Source: Octopus sinensis
Taxonomy: Eukaryota
Length of the DNA stretch: 57,522 bases
NCBI RefSeq assembly: GCF_006345805.1
Contig: NW_021834330.1
Coordinates: 1 to 57,522 of the forward strand
Direction: 5' to 3'
In this document: piece by piece, positions 13,922 to 26,540 of the stretch
Layout of the letters: every line of letters begins with the position of its first letter
Numbering within the stretch: the stretch's first letter is position 1
Position numbers and translations under genes: made by a program
Notes under the pieces: model-generated
Database searches by the model: none
The model's input: only the letters and a program-made list of their open reading frames with translations
What the model was told of the DNA's origin: nothing

Positions 13922-15470
13922 TTACACATATACATATACATATATATATAACACAACGACAAATAATACTTGAAAACATACGTATTTTATCAGCAAATAT
14001 GAGGATGAATAGATGAGGCAGAAGGAGAGAGGTAATATAAGATGAGAACCCTATATGCAATGAGGAGATGGAGAAAAGGATAAAAAAATATATTCGAGTT
14101 ACTGTCACCCCCGGGGCTAAATATTATTCGGTTCGTCTTCAATCTCCTAACAAATTGAGATGTGAGGTGCTTAGTCAATATAATGGTCTATACCGCGAAA
14201 AAAGAAATGAAGAGTAGTGGGCGGGAGGGTGGGGGTGATTTATATATGTTTTCATTTTATATTATACGTTTCGTTGTTTTATGTTTTGTTTTTCTTTAAG
14301 TTTTTTTTTTAATATTTATTATTTATTTATATCTTTGTTTATATGTATAGTTGTTTATTGATTTATTTATTTGTTGCAGGGTCCCTAAGTGGAGAAGTTT
14401 TTCGAAATTAAATATTCATACATACATACATACATATACATATATATACATACATAATATATATATATATAAATACATACATAATATATATATATATGCG
14501 TATATATATACACACATATATATTTACACACATATATATATACATATATACATATATGTATACATGCTGTCATATTCCTATAGTTAGCCATATATATACA
14601 TACATATTTGTGTATTCTCGTGTGTGAGGCGAGTTATTGTGGGTATACACACACACACGTGCGTGCTGCCAATCCCACACACGCACGCCGTACATACATC
14701 CACAAATGTGTATGCATGTATGTATATCACAAAATCTGAATGTTGTGTGTTTATGAGTGCATGCACACACACTCACATATTTGTATTTGTATGTGTATTT
14801 ATGCATGGTTCCAAGAATAGTCAAACGCTTAAGATGTCATATCATTGTCATACCGTTCCAAGTTCGTCCCCACCTATTGGAAAATTCTTTTCCATTATTT
14901 CCTCGGTTTCATCCAATCCTTCTGAATGTAATCAATTTATTGGAGACAGTACGGAATCCCGTCAAAAGTATTGTACCTGCATGTGGAAACGCCAGTTTCC
15001 ACCACAAAGTAACGCCTGACGTTTACTTTAAAGGTACCCACGATTCTAAGATATCCTCAGCCACTTACAAAATGAAAATAAACCGGGCTGTACCTGTAAC
15101 ACAAAGCGTCAGCCATGTTGAATCTATTATGAATCTCATTTAACCGAAAGATGACACTAAATCATCACATGTACGCGTAATACACAACCACAGTAAACAT
15201 AAATTCAATGTATATAGGTGGTTTAAGTGAGGTAGCAACTGGAGAATTCATCACAGAATGTAACGTGGGCTCATTTCATTCTTATTTTACCTACAATCTA
15301 TATTCCTGCGTGAATGGTTTCGCTCCCACTGTGGAATGTCTTAAGCAAGTGCCTCACACTGTCAACTTGGGACCCAATAACGGCATGCGAAACACTTTGG
15401 TGGATGTGACATATGATGCAGGAACCAGCATCTGTATCTGTTTGCGTGTCTGCCTATCTATCTATCTATC

Positions 15471-15549
<79 letters not shown>

Positions 15550-15550
<1 letters not shown>

Positions 15551-16625
15551 AACCTATCTATCCGACTCCTTTACCTGCACTTTTAACAACGTCATTTACC
15601 GCATCTCCTGCTCTTTCTACCCTTCTCTGTACATCGGTCAAACGGACGATGGTTGGCTGACCCGTTCGCGGAGCGCTTCCGAGGCACTAGACTCAGCAAT
15701 GACACCCTGGTCCCACACCATTTCCGTTCTACCCGTCATTCATTACAACACCTTCTGTGTTCGGATTGCCTTTACACAGGGGCCATCGGACTCACGCCTT
15801 CGTCGTGACCAAGAATTAATCTTCTCTCTTCGCTCCTTTGCGCCACATGGGCTCAACTCCCTCCCTCCTCTCTTTATCTGACTCACTTCCTCTTCACTCT
15901 TCATCTGACATTTACTTCCTGCCTTTCCTCCTACTCACATCTACTCTCCTCTCTTGGCCTGACACCTACTTCCTCTCTTCACTCCTACCTACCTTCTCTC
16001 TTCATTGATATCCCCTCCATCCATAACCCACCCCAACACATCTCAGTCATATTTACCTCACCCCTACCCACACCTCCACCCCACATCCTTATCCCATCCC
16101 TACACCCTCACCCCAAATCTATACCCCACCCTCACATCCCCACACTCCCACACTGCCATACCACACCACATCACACCACTCCACACCACTCCACACACAC
16201 TAGCACTGACCACTTCCCAGCACCCACAACAGACACCATCATCTGCACAACACAGCATCATCCACACACCAACACATTACAGATACACACACTTACATAC
16301 GCACACATCCACAGGTCAAAGTCATAGCCCCTATTCACATGCACGCACTTACACTCTCTCACATACACATACGCACGGGCACCTTCGTTTTGGGATCAAC
16401 AATACTCTATTATCTCCCCTTCTTCCTAAGTCCCCTGTCCAACTACCTTTTTCCAACCAGTCGCTATAATTGATCGCTAAATCCACAAGTTTTTTATTCT
16501 CTGTCTGTTTATTTCCTCGTGTTCCTTCATGTTGAAGAGCGTAGGCTCGAAACGTCAAATTAATACACCTACTTTTTGTTTATACATCAGTCTTCGTCTA
16601 TTGCTTTTCTGTAAATTTCAACTAT
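15550..16625 (+). mobile_element. Penelope-like element 3' part: GIY-YIG endonuclease remnant, CA/CT-rich tract and decayed HHR
   Basis: Frameshifted translation SFTCTFNNVIYRISCSFYPSLYIGQT / GRWLADPFAERFRGTRLSNDTLVPHHFRS / RLRRDQELIFSLRSFAPHGLN; atgttga-a-gagc-gtag-gctc-gaaacgtc at 16529-16556. Confidence 0.8.
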
Positions 16626-17096
16626 CTATCTCTCTCTCTATCTATCTTTCTATCTAGTTATCTATCTATCTATCTGTTTGCTTATCTATCTACTTATCTA
16701 TTATCAATCTAATTGTCGGTTTGTCTGCCTGTCTCTGTCTGTGAGTTTGTGCGTCTGTCTTTCGTAGTACAAGATGCATGCAGTATGTGCTGCGTGGTAG
16801 GTTTGAAACTGGAACTATGTGGTTTCCAATGTGAAATTCTCAACTACAAAGATATGTATGTGCCGAAGTTTGTGTTTAGATTATCATGGGGTGAGGAAAG
16901 GAAAAAAATTATGAAAAAACTAGGGAAAATCCGAAGAAAGAAAACTAAATAATACTGACAGATAATTAAAAAACAAAACAGCAACAATAGAATTTTATAT
17001 AAAACGTGTGTGTGTGAGTGTGTGCGTGTGCGTGTGTGTGTGTATTAGTTTATTTTAAAACGTCAAGCTTTATTTATGTATATTTATGTCTACGGG

Positions 17097-17136
<40 letters not shown>

Positions 17137-17222
17137 TAAGGGCAGAAATTGATATTAATCAATTAAAACCTGTGGTCTAGCATATTTTAAAAAGATCCGA
17201 GGATTAAAATTTTTTTTACATA

Positions 17223-17340
17223 CGAAATTTAGAGGACTGACCTCTAAAAGTAGACAGCCTTTTCGTGGAAAATGGCGATTTTGACGTCTATATCTAGCAT
17301 AAGGGCTGTCTACTTTTAGTGGTCAGTCCTCTAAATTTTG
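17223..17340. mobile_element. TA-flanked MITE (Tc1/mariner type) with about 37-bp TIRs
   Basis: cgaaatttagaggactgacctctaaaagtagacagcc versus ggctgtctacttttagtggtcagtcctctaaattttg (2 mismatches); TA on both sides. Confidence 0.75.
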
Positions 17341-17986
17341 TATATATATCTATGTATATATATATGCATGAATATACACGTATGTACACGTATATATATA
17401 TATATGCACCATCACATATGCATTAATGCGTGTATACACACATATATTGTTACTTACACATGTGTATGTACATATATGAGTGTGTTTATGTGAGTGTGTG
17501 CGTTCACGTACGTATGCATATATATATACTTCTGCCTGTGTATATAATATGAACACAGATATACATTGCTGTATGTATGCATATGTATAAGAAACTGTAC
17601 AGATAATTTTATAAATAGAATGGCAGAAAGACAGAGAGAGGGAGAAAGAGGCAGAAATAAGTACATCAATGGACAACGGATAACCATCCGTACGCAGCAC
17701 CTGACTATAACACAAAATATATAAAAAAAAAAAGAAGACACACTAAAAAAGAAAACAAAAAAATGATGTGACAGCATAAGTCAAGCTGCGACGAATAATG
17801 TTAGCAGCAACAATTTTGCCTCCAAGGAAATGCCAAATAAATTTTAAAATATTCATGTTATTACGAAACACGTGTCACAGTCTTTGACAATACACCTGAC
17901 AATCATATACATACATACATATATATATATCTATATATATGTATACATATATATATATATATGTATATACATATGTGTGTAATATA

Positions 17987-18017
<31 letters not shown>

Positions 18018-18067
18018 TATAGATATTATATATATCTATATATATATGTATGTATATATGTCTATAT

Positions 18068-18138
<71 letters not shown>

Positions 18139-18415
18139 TTGTATGTATGTATATATATGCATGTATGGGATCTTTTTTATTATTATATTTAGAAGTTTCA
18201 ATAGAGCAGTGTTTTCGACGTGAAATCGTCTTCGAAACGGAATGTAAATTGCTCTCAGAAACATCACCCGAGGCGAAATTTCTCATAGCGAAGTTGTTCT
18301 CCAAAGAGTCAACATTTTTTTTTTTTTTTCATTTTCTGTCTGTTGGCGTTGAAGCCATTCTCCTGTTTCGAACTGGAACAGCAACATTGAACTTGTATTA
18401 GAAAACACCCACCTA

Positions 18416-18479
<64 letters not shown>

Positions 18480-18524
18480 ACATACGCATACAGCAAAAAC
18501 AACTTCATAATCTGCAAAGACTGC

Positions 18525-18630
18525 AATAATAATAATAATATAATAATAATAATAATAATAATCATAATGATATTACAAATAATAATAATGATAATAATGA
18601 TAATGATAATATAATAATAATAATAATAAC

Positions 18631-18662
<32 letters not shown>

Positions 18663-18682
18663 TGATGATAATAATAATAATA

Positions 18683-18729
<47 letters not shown>

Positions 18730-18772
18730 GATGATGATAATAATAATGATGATGATAATAATAATAATGATG

Positions 18773-18862
<90 letters not shown>

Positions 18863-18980
18863 TAATAATAATAATAACAATAATAATAATAATAACAATA
18901 ATGATAATATAATAATAATAATAATAATTACAATAATAATAATAATAATAATAATGATGATGATGATAATAATAATAATA

Positions 18981-19027
<47 letters not shown>

Positions 19028-19066
19028 AATAATAATGATGATGATAATAATAATAATGATAATGAA

Positions 19067-19131
<65 letters not shown>

Positions 19132-19165
19132 TAACAATAATAATAATAATGATAATTATAATAAC
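18525..19165. repeat. (AAT)n/(GAT)n compound microsatellite
   Basis: Direct reading. Confidence 0.95.
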
Positions 19166-19457
19166 AAAAGTAAAACAGAATGAACAATTTTAAATGCGTG
19201 ATACTGTTTCAGCTATGTCTGCATGAAAGTGCACGGATGTTTGTTGGGTATGGTTGTATATAATGGTATGACAAGCTTCGTATATGTGATGTGTGTGCGT
19301 GTGTGTTTGTGTGTAAATATATGTATACAAGCTCATATACGCACGTGTGTATACTTTATATTGATATGAAGAAAGGGGTAGCAAAGTTAGTAAAATGTGC
19401 GTATACATGCGCATGTATATATATATATAATTATATATATCTATATATATGAATATT

Positions 19458-19491
<34 letters not shown>

Positions 19492-19599
19492 CGTGTGTGC
19501 GTATATGTAAATATGTGTGTGTAAATATACATATATGAATATAAGTGTATATATATACATACATATATACATAAATACATACATATATATATATATATA

Positions 19600-19800
19600 T
19601 TACTTTTACTTGTTTCAGTCAGTAACTGCGACCATGCTGGAGCTCAACCTTTAGTCGAACAAATCGACTGCAGGACTTAATCTTTGTAGCCCTCGGACTT
19701 ATTGTATCGGTCTCTTTTGCCGAACCGTTAAGTTACATGGACGTAAACACACCAATATCGATTGTCAAGGGATGTCGGGGTGGGAGAAACACAGATACAA
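19600..19800 (-). mobile_element. SINE family 1, 3' half
   Basis: ttgtttcagtcagtaactgcgaccatgctggagc...ttgccgaaccgttaagttac. Confidence 0.75.
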
Positions 19801-19808
19801 GCACCCAA

Positions 19809-19839
<31 letters not shown>

Positions 19840-19971
19840 AGTTCAGCAAAAATTTAGATTCAAATGAATATGGTACTTAATTTAGATGCACCAGAAATCT
19901 GTATGGTGTTATCCATAAAAATCCATGGGGTGATTAAGATCAAAATAATCAACGAGAATGACTACGGTAAT

Positions 19972-20060
19972 TTGGTTCGATCGTTTCGTACTACATCATT
20001 TTATTAAATGTTGTAAGTATTACAACTATTTTTAAATGCTGAGCACTCATCAGACAATTA
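19972..20060 (-). ncRNA. Hammerhead-like motif with long stem II
   Basis: Minus strand CTGATGA-GTGCT...AGTAC-GAAA-CGATCG; internal hairpin gttgta/tacaac; U16.1 and stem I look decayed. Confidence 0.45.
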
Positions 20061-20204
20061 TAGAGGTTTTCCGTTAATACAAACATTTTCAAATCAAGTG
20101 GCAACATTATAGAGAAGGTAGATACATAGACAAAGATGTGGATTTAAATTTTAAGAACATTTGAGTTAATGGAGCCCATCAACTGACTGACTAAGATTCA
20201 GTTG

Positions 20205-21715
20205 TTCCAACCAACCAGCCAACCAACCGACCAACCGACCAACCAGCCGACCCACCGACCAACCCACCAACCAGCCAGCCGATCAACGATCAACCGACCA
20301 ACCAACCAGCCAACCAACCAGCCAACCAACCAGCCGACCAACGACCAACAGACAAACCAACCAACCAGCCGACCCACGAGCAACCAGCCAACCAGCCAAC
20401 AAACCGAAAAGCCAACCAACCAGCCGACCAACCGACCAACCAACCGACAAACGACCAACCGACAAACCAACCAACCAACCAACTAACCAACCAACCACAC
20501 GACCAACCACCAACCGACCAACCAACCAACCAGCCGACCAACCACCAACCGACAAACCAACCAGCCAGCCGACACACGACCAACCGACTAACCAACGAAC
20601 CAGCCGACCAGCCACCAACAGACCAACCAACGAACCAGCCGACCCACGACCAACCGACTAACCAACCAACCAGCCGACCAAAGACCAACCGACAAACCAA
20701 CCAACCTGCCGACCAACCGACCAATCAACCAACCAGCCGACCAAAGACCAACCGACAAACCAACCAACCAGCCGACCAAAGAGCAACCGACCAACCAACC
20801 AGCTAGCCGACCCACCGACCAACCAGTCAACCAACCGACAAACCAACCGACAAACCAGCCAACCAGCCGACCCACCGACCAACCAGCCAACCAGCCAAGC
20901 AACCGACAAACCAACCAACCAGCCGACCAAAGAGCAACCGACCAACCAACCAGCTAGCCGACCCACCGACCAACCAGTCAACCAACCGACAAACCAACCG
21001 ACAAACCAGCCAACCAGCCGACCAACCGCCCAACCAACCAACCAACCAACAAGCCAACCCACGAGAAACCGACCAGCCAACCAACCAGCCGACCCACCGA
21101 TCAACCAACCAACCAGCCGACCCACCGACCAACCAACCAACCAGCCAACCAACCGACAAACCAACCAACCAGCCGACCCACCGACCAACCAACCAGCCGA
21201 CCAACGACCAACCGCCCAACCAACCAGCCAACCCACGACCAACCGACCAGCCAACCAACCAGCCGACCCACCGACCAACCAGCCAACAAACCAACCAACC
21301 AACCAACCAACCAGCCGACTCACGACCAACCGCCCAACCAACCAACCAGCCGACCCACCGACCAACCGTCCAACCAACCAACCAGCTAACCAGCCAACAC
21401 ACCACCAACCGACCAACCAACCAGACGACCTACGACCAACCGGCCAACCAACCAACCAGCCAACCCACGACCAACCGGCCAACCAACCAACCAGACGACC
21501 CACCGACCAACCAGTCAACCAGCTAACCAACCGACAATCCAACCAGCCAGCCGACCCACGACTAACCGCCCAACCAACCAACCAGCCAACCTACGACCAC
21601 CCGACCAACCAACCAACCAGCTGACCCACCGACCAACCAGCCAACCTACGACAAGCCGACCAACCAACCAGCCTGCCAACCAGCCGACTAGCCAGCCAAC
21701 CGACCCACTTTCCAA
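20205..21715. repeat. Complex (CCAA/CCGA/CCAG)n satellite, about 1.5 kb
   Basis: Direct reading; internal duplication 20749-20872 / 20900-21023. Confidence 0.9.
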
Positions 21716-21841
21716 CCAACACTTCTGTTGGCCGTTATTTTTATATAAAGATCACTGATGGGTTAGTCAAGACTGGCTGTCTTCGATCATAGACCAGCTG
21801 GACAACAACAACAACAACAACAACAACAAAATATATCGGAC

Positions 21842-22206
21842 AGAAAATGGTTAAACAATAGTTATTCTAGATAAGATATGAAATAGAGAGTGAAGTGGAG
21901 GAATGAAAATAGACGTGAGATATGCAGGGATATTGTATCCTCATTTGCATAATCACCGAACCTGGAGTTTAAACTATTTTGTCTTCCCATAGAGTGGTTA
22001 TGAGAGGTAATGGTGTCAATAAGACCCCAAGGTGTCAGGTAATGCTGAGTAAGTGCTATGGGAAGACAAAATAGTTTAAACTCCAGGTTCGGTGATTATG
22101 CAAATGAGGATACAATATCCCTGCATATCTCACGTCTATTTTCATTCCTCCACTTCACTCTCTATTTCATATCTTATCTAGAATAACTATTGTTTAACCA
22201 TTTTCT
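21842..22206. repeat. Perfect 151-bp inverted repeat with 63-bp spacer
   Basis: 21842-21992 is the exact reverse complement of 22056-22206 by manual comparison. Confidence 0.95.
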
Positions 22207-22212
22207 CACGCC

Positions 22213-22260
22213 GTCTCCGATGAAGGAATATATAAAATATCCCGGAAACAGCTGTAAGAC
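22213..22260 (+). ncRNA. Minimal type I hammerhead motif (U4C variant)
   Basis: gtct-CCGATGA-a-ggaatat-ataaa-atatccc-g-GAAA-cagctg-TA-agac; stem I gtct/agac, palindromic ACAGCTGT stem III. Confidence 0.55.
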
Positions 22261-22285
22261 TTATTTATAAATGTTCTGAAATGAC

Positions 22286-22430
22286 CTAGGTCATTTTATC
22301 GATAATATTTGGCGAAGTGCTAAGTCATTTTATCGATCATGTTTGGCGAACCACTAGGTCATTTTATCGATCTCGTGTGGCGAATTGCTATGTCATTTTA
22401 TAGACCTCCTTTGGCGAACCGCTAAGTCAG
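22286..22430. repeat. 34-bp minisatellite, about 4.3 units
   Basis: Units start at 22286, 22320, 22354 and 22388 (cta.gtcattttat.ga.......tggcgaa...). Confidence 0.9.
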
Positions 22431-22460
22431 CCGACGATTCTCAGCATCTACATTTTGGTC

Positions 22461-22599
22461 TCAATAAGACCCCAAGGTGTCAGGTAATGCTGAGTAAGTG
22501 CTATGGGAAGACAAAATAGTTAAGCTCCAGGTTCGGTGATTATGCGAATGAGGATACAATAGCCCAGCATATCTCACGTCTATTTTCATTCCTCTACTT
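22461..22599 (+). repeat. Diverged direct copy of 22016-22155
   Basis: About 6 differences in about 139 nt by manual alignment. Confidence 0.9.
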
Positions 22600-22679
22600 T
22601 GCAAGCGCGAAATTAAAAATATAAAATGGTGACAATCTACCCATCGCATATATATGTGTGTGTGTGTGTGTGCACATAC

Positions 22680-23185
22680 ACCATCATCATCATTATCATC
22701 ATCATCATCATAATCATCATCATCATCACCGCATGTGTGACTCGATCGCTAACAACCATCCTCATCATCATTATCATCATCATCATCGTCACATTAGCCA
22801 TAACAATCACCATCACTATCACCAACTTGATATTGCTATCATCTTCAGCAGCAGCAGCAGCAGCAGTGGCGGTAGCAGCAGTCGCAACAGCAGCTGAGTC
22901 AGTATAGTTGAAGTATGTTATGACTATTTACATTAATCATATGAGATATAGGAGGCGGGGGTGGCATTTTAATCCTCTCAGAGAGAATGATCATGGTGAC
23001 CATCACCTTCATCATCATCATCATCACCTTCATCATCATCATAATCATCATCATCATCATCATCGTCATCATCATCATCATCATCACTATCATCATCACC
23101 TTCATCATCACAACCGGTGACGCTACCACCACCACCACCACCACAACCACCACCACCACAACCACCACCACCACAACCACACCAC
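22680..23185. repeat. (CAT)n/(CAG)n/(CAC)n microsatellite cluster
   Basis: Direct reading. Confidence 0.9.
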
Positions 23186-23654
23186 CATCAATCGTCATCG
23201 CATGGTGATATGTGTCCTTGTGGCGTCCTCGGTTCGAATCACTCAGTAGGCAACACACTCACACACTCTCTCTCTCTCTCTCACACACACATACACACAT
23301 TTATATAACACACACACAACACACACATTCATATAACACACGCTAAGATGACAGATGCACATGAACGTAGACAGTAGAATTTGTAATTAAGCGAGGTGTG
23401 TAATGGTCGAGAGTGCCCGACGTCACATTTGCTGACGATCCAGTGAACGTTGCCCGTTTAGTCAAACAACATGAAATCGTCATTAACATCCCGAGTAAGC
23501 TTTTACGAAAATCATACACACCCACCCCCACCACCACCCCCCCCAACCGCACACATATTTACGTTCTTTCATGCTTTTAGGCTTTTATTTGTTTCGGTCA
23601 TTAAGTTAAGTTAATTTTTTGGCTCAAAAAACAAAAAGCAAGGCCATGTAGGGG

Positions 23655-23945
23655 AACATGGAGTTATGTACAGGGTGGTGTTCATGCAAAGAGTTCAGAC
23701 CATTTGTGGTCAAGGGAGACTTTGAACCGAGCGGTCGTCGGCATCTTCACTATCTCGTCCGGCAGCTTATTCCACGAATCCGCAACCCGGACGGAGAAAG
23801 CTCCTCTCCTTCGATTGAGATGAAATCGTCGCAGATAGAGCTTTTCGGAGTGACCCCGCAGCCGACGCTCTGGAGCAGGAGTGAAAAACAGCTCTTTCGA
23901 GAGGTTACACTTTCTGCTTATGATGTTGTGAGCAAGAATGAGATC
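23655..23945 (-). mobile_element. CR1-type LINE 3' end
   Basis: ELFFTPAPERRLRGHSEKLYLRRFHLNRRRGAFSVRVADSWNKLPDEIV...FKVSLD matches the CR1 ORF2 C-terminus pattern RGH..KL...FS.RV...WN.LP...FK..LD. Confidence 0.85.
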
Positions 23946-23963
23946 AATGATCAATGATCAATG

Positions 23964-24255
23964 AGATCATTTGTTTCGGTCATTAGACTGCGGCCATGCT
24001 GGAGCACTGCGTTAAAGGGTTTCAGTCGAAGAAATCGACCCCAGAACTTAATCTTTGTGAGCCTACTACTAATTCTATCGGCACAACCACACACAGACAC
24101 ACATCTACGCACGCACACACATACACAAACGCACGCACGCACACACATACACATTTACGACAGACTCCTTATAATTTCCGTCTACCAAATCCTCTCAGAA
24201 GGTTTTGGTCGGCCCCAGGCTATAGTAGAAGACACTTTACCCAAGGTGCCACGCA
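23964..24255 (-). mobile_element. SINE family 1, head-truncated
   Basis: gcggccatgctggagcac...ggctatagtagaagacactttacccaaggtgccacgca. Confidence 0.8.
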
Positions 24256-24798
24256 TCATCATCGTCATTGTCGTCGTCATCATCATCAACACCACCATCA
24301 TCATCAACAGCAGCAACATAATAATAATCATCATCATCATTATCATCATCATCATCACCACCGTTGTTAATCTTATCATCTGGCGAAATTCATATAAAGA
24401 AAGAATACAAACACTCACACACATATAGAGCCATGCACACGCAGAAACATCATTATATATATATAACGATATCATACATACATTCTTACAAACACACGTA
24501 CACACACATACAGATATATGTACATATACATACATAAATACATATATATATATATATACATATATATATGTATGTATTTATATTTACGAGTATAATTTTC
24601 TTTCATATCAGCATGAGAGATAAATTTTTCACTATTTCCCAAGTGTGCCGAGATAACTTATATATTTCACCCATCGTCAAATTGAAGATAGCCATGTATT
24701 CATATATATTTATATATAAATGTATATACATATATATACATATGTATATACATACATATATATATACATATATATATTTATATATTTATGCATGCATA

Positions 24799-24839
<41 letters not shown>

Positions 24840-25325
24840 TATATATATTTATATATATATATATACACATACATATATGTATATATATACGTATATGTAT
24901 ATAGATATTTGTATTTATTATGTTCGTTTGTATCTATCATATATCAGTCTTCTATGATATGAATTTTAACAGCCGCTGTTAAAGAGATATATGTACGCAA
25001 AGATATTATTTTCCCCTTTTTCGCATGTAGGCTTGTGTCTGCCGTTATCACATTGCAGGATGTATACCACTAAGGTGTGTGTGTGTGTGTGTGAGATGGT
25101 GTTGGGGTAGGGGCGAGTGTATACACGCAAATACACACGGACATTACGCGTATTGCAGTTTTTTTGAAAATATTTATTTTGTACAAAGCGTTTAGCAGAG
25201 AGCGTAACAAAAACAAAAAAGAAGAAACGAGGTCTGTGGATTTTCTTCAATATCACAATCTTACAGAAATACAGTTGAAAGATATAGACAATAGAAAATA
25301 AAGTCAACATTTATATGTATATAAA

Positions 25326-25373
<48 letters not shown>

Positions 25374-25434
25374 AATATATGTGTATATATATATATGCAC
25401 AGGCACATGGATACATATATATATATATATATAT

Positions 25435-25550
25435 CACGTGATCACGAGACCGACCAGATCATCAGATGTTGTTACACATCGCTGGTCACAATGTGTTCGC
25501 ATTGTTTAGCCTTTAAATGATGCCACCCCGCTGGCTAAGCGAGCAGGCCA
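25435..25550 (-). mobile_element. SINE family 2, 3' part
   Basis: Reverse complement of 33130-33241 (ggcctgctcgcttagccagcgggg...). Confidence 0.75.
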
Positions 25551-25559
25551 ATATATATA

Positions 25560-25614
<55 letters not shown>

Positions 25615-26194
25615 CTATATGTGGTGTGTGTGTGTGTGTGTTTGTATTTATTGCGAGTGTACATAGTATATATATAAGCATATATATATATATATATATA
25701 ACCTCATACATATGCACACATAAACACATATATATATACATATAAAAAGATATATATGTATATATATATATATATGTACATAGGTATACATGGATATACT
25801 TTATATACACTCACGCACATATATATATGAATACACATATACATACTTATACTCACAAAAAGCATACCCATCCTTACCCGCGCATACATAGTAAAGTCAA
25901 AAAGATAATAACAATACAGGGAAGACTAGATTAAAAATATTATAGTAGCTTAACGCTAAAAGTAGGGAAATTTTCTTAACGATTCGGGCTTTACTCCTTC
26001 TTCAGGAGAAAGCATGCGGCATATAAGAAAGACTATAGTTGAGAGGGAATAAAACGGATGAGGGTTTGGAATCAGGTGAGAATGCCGTTCTATGGTGGGA
26101 ATTTAATAATGTAGGAAAGAGCGGGTTGGTATAGATAGTAGTGTATAGTGCTGTATAAATGGTTATTTAATATATATGTGTGTGTGTGTGTGAG

Positions 26195-26509
26195 TGTGTG
26201 CAGATGTGTGGATGTGTGGAAATAGAATTGCGTGCGTTAATGTTGGTAGTTTGTGTGTGTGGTGAGTGTGAAGCGGTACAGAGGTGTGGAAGTATGGAAA
26301 TAGAGTAGCGTGCGTCAACGAAGGTAGTTGTGTGTGTGTGAGTGTGTATGTGTGAGTGTGTGTGTGTGTGTGCGTGCAGATGTATGAAAGTGCGGAAACA
26401 GAGTTGCGTGCATTAATGTTGGTAGTTTGTGTGTGAGTATAGGGTGGTACAGAGGTGTGGAAGTGATGAAATAGAGTAGCGTGCGTCAAAGTAGGTAGAT
26501 TGTGTGTAT

Positions 26510-26540
<31 letters not shown>

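Noticed and set aside
20658-21581. 307-aa W/L/V/G-rich ORF
   Set aside because: Translation of the (TTGG)n-type satellite.
20749-22206. Both the satellite period and the palindrome arm equal 151 bp
   Set aside because: No sequence relation between them; treated as coincidence.
22286-22430. CRISPR-like appearance of the 34-bp array
   Set aside because: Variable parts are only a few nt, there are no unique spacers or cas genes, and the context is eukaryotic.
23380-23520. FADD-containing frame (VPDVTFADDPVNV)
   Set aside because: No other RT motifs, and stops flank it; unassigned.
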